From positions 11,834 through 75,833 of the forward strand of contig JBEKEQ010000002.1 in assembly GCA_050013735.1 (NCBI GenBank): a stretch of DNA of 64,000 nt. Reading direction: 5' to 3'. Under the pieces are notes generated by a model. The model worked only from the letters and a program-made list of their open reading frames with translations. It did not search any database and was not told the DNA's origin. Origin of the DNA: Terracidiphilus sp. GTDB taxonomy: Bacteria > Acidobacteriota > Terriglobia > Terriglobales > Acidobacteriaceae. Shown here one piece after another: positions 63,585 through 64,000 of the stretch. How positions within the stretch are numbered: the stretch's first letter is position 1; the number at the start of each line of letters is the position of its first letter. A program made the position numbers and the translations under genes.

Positions 63585-64000
63585 GTGTATTCTGTCAGGA
63601 CCTCCTCTCTATCGAAATCAATTCAATCACGGAAATCACTGCGCGCCCTTTGGGAGCATCCGTTTACTAACGAGTAATTCAGGCTCTGGCTTAACGTCGT
63701 TTCACAGTCTACAGCAAATTTACAGAGATTCGGAGATATTTTTTTCGGCTGTATGAATCGTGCTCGCGTTAGACGATAGTCGATCTTGTCCATAATGCAG
63801 CCAACCACATGAGCTGAGTGCCGGCGGCTACGCGCACCAGAATCGGGCTCAAAGATACCCTCCGCCATCGCCCATTTGGGCATTTTTACACGGAAATGTC
63901 TAAATCCCATTGGTGGAAAATCCGAGACACGGGAGGCGTATTCCCACTTCGGAAAGTCCCTTAAATTATTAATAATCAGTCGATTACATGATATGGGAAA

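Noticed and set aside
63623-63910. A 95-aa minus-strand ORF at the window end.
   Set aside because: It lies in an AT-rich promoter-like region upstream of lacI. It has no RBS or domain, and the window ends before the context can be judged.

Overview
This is a 64-kb, high-G+C chromosomal segment densely packed with about 50 protein-coding genes on both strands. I found no rRNA, tRNA, CRISPR array, transposase, integrase or prophage genes. Several features point to Acidobacteriota (Terriglobia-like), which is an inference: a PadR regulator paired with an ADOP-type duplicated FtsX permease, a BshB1-like deacetylase, many beta-propeller and 7TM sensor proteins, and short hairpin repeats of the GGCACGAC-N4-GTCGTGCC type.

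Gene content, left to right:
- Sensor diguanylate cyclase and an MscS channel.
- Two tandem small paralogous exported proteins.
- Fused E1 alpha/beta 2-oxoacid dehydrogenase and an MsbA-like ABC exporter.
- A conserved housekeeping string: yicC, gmk, rpoZ, coaBC, (udg4, ppgK), priA.
- 7TM-DISM PP2C phosphatase, M50 protease, IHF/HU, dcd, and a LuxR regulator with a degenerate receiver.
- SYLF protein, then ADOP permease with PadR.
- Lipid A genes (LpxL-like acyltransferase, lpxD) followed by a low-G+C orphan gene.
- xseB and a fused homocysteine-methyltransferase/MTHFR.
- An unknown lipoprotein, BshB1-like deacetylase, a SAM methyltransferase, half-size TauE and aqpZ.
- PhoB/PhoR-like pair, glutaminase-like DUF4965 protein and a lone pstS.
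- cyaY flanked by unknown exported proteins.
- TetR, HlyD and an ABC-2 exporter.

The most unusual block is 49.9-56.1 kb. It is a co-directional cluster of a stand-alone homocysteine S-methyltransferase domain, three URO-D superfamily proteins (one MtaA/CmuA-like with an HxCG zinc motif) and a Na+/solute symporter, with no corrinoid-binding protein in the window. It is followed by a UPF0182 membrane protein and a LacI-linked glycan locus. That locus has a Tat-exported GH42-like protein in which the predicted acid/base Glu reads Phe, plus an HGSNAT-like DUF5009 membrane acetyltransferase.

Non-coding observations:
- CAGTG-periodic arrays lie directly 3' of three stop codons.
- A REP-like hairpin family has one copy in-frame inside priA.
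- A canonical G-quadruplex motif overlaps the end of lpxD.
- There are several candidate operators and terminators.

All family calls come from reading the translated ORFs from memory. No database search was run.
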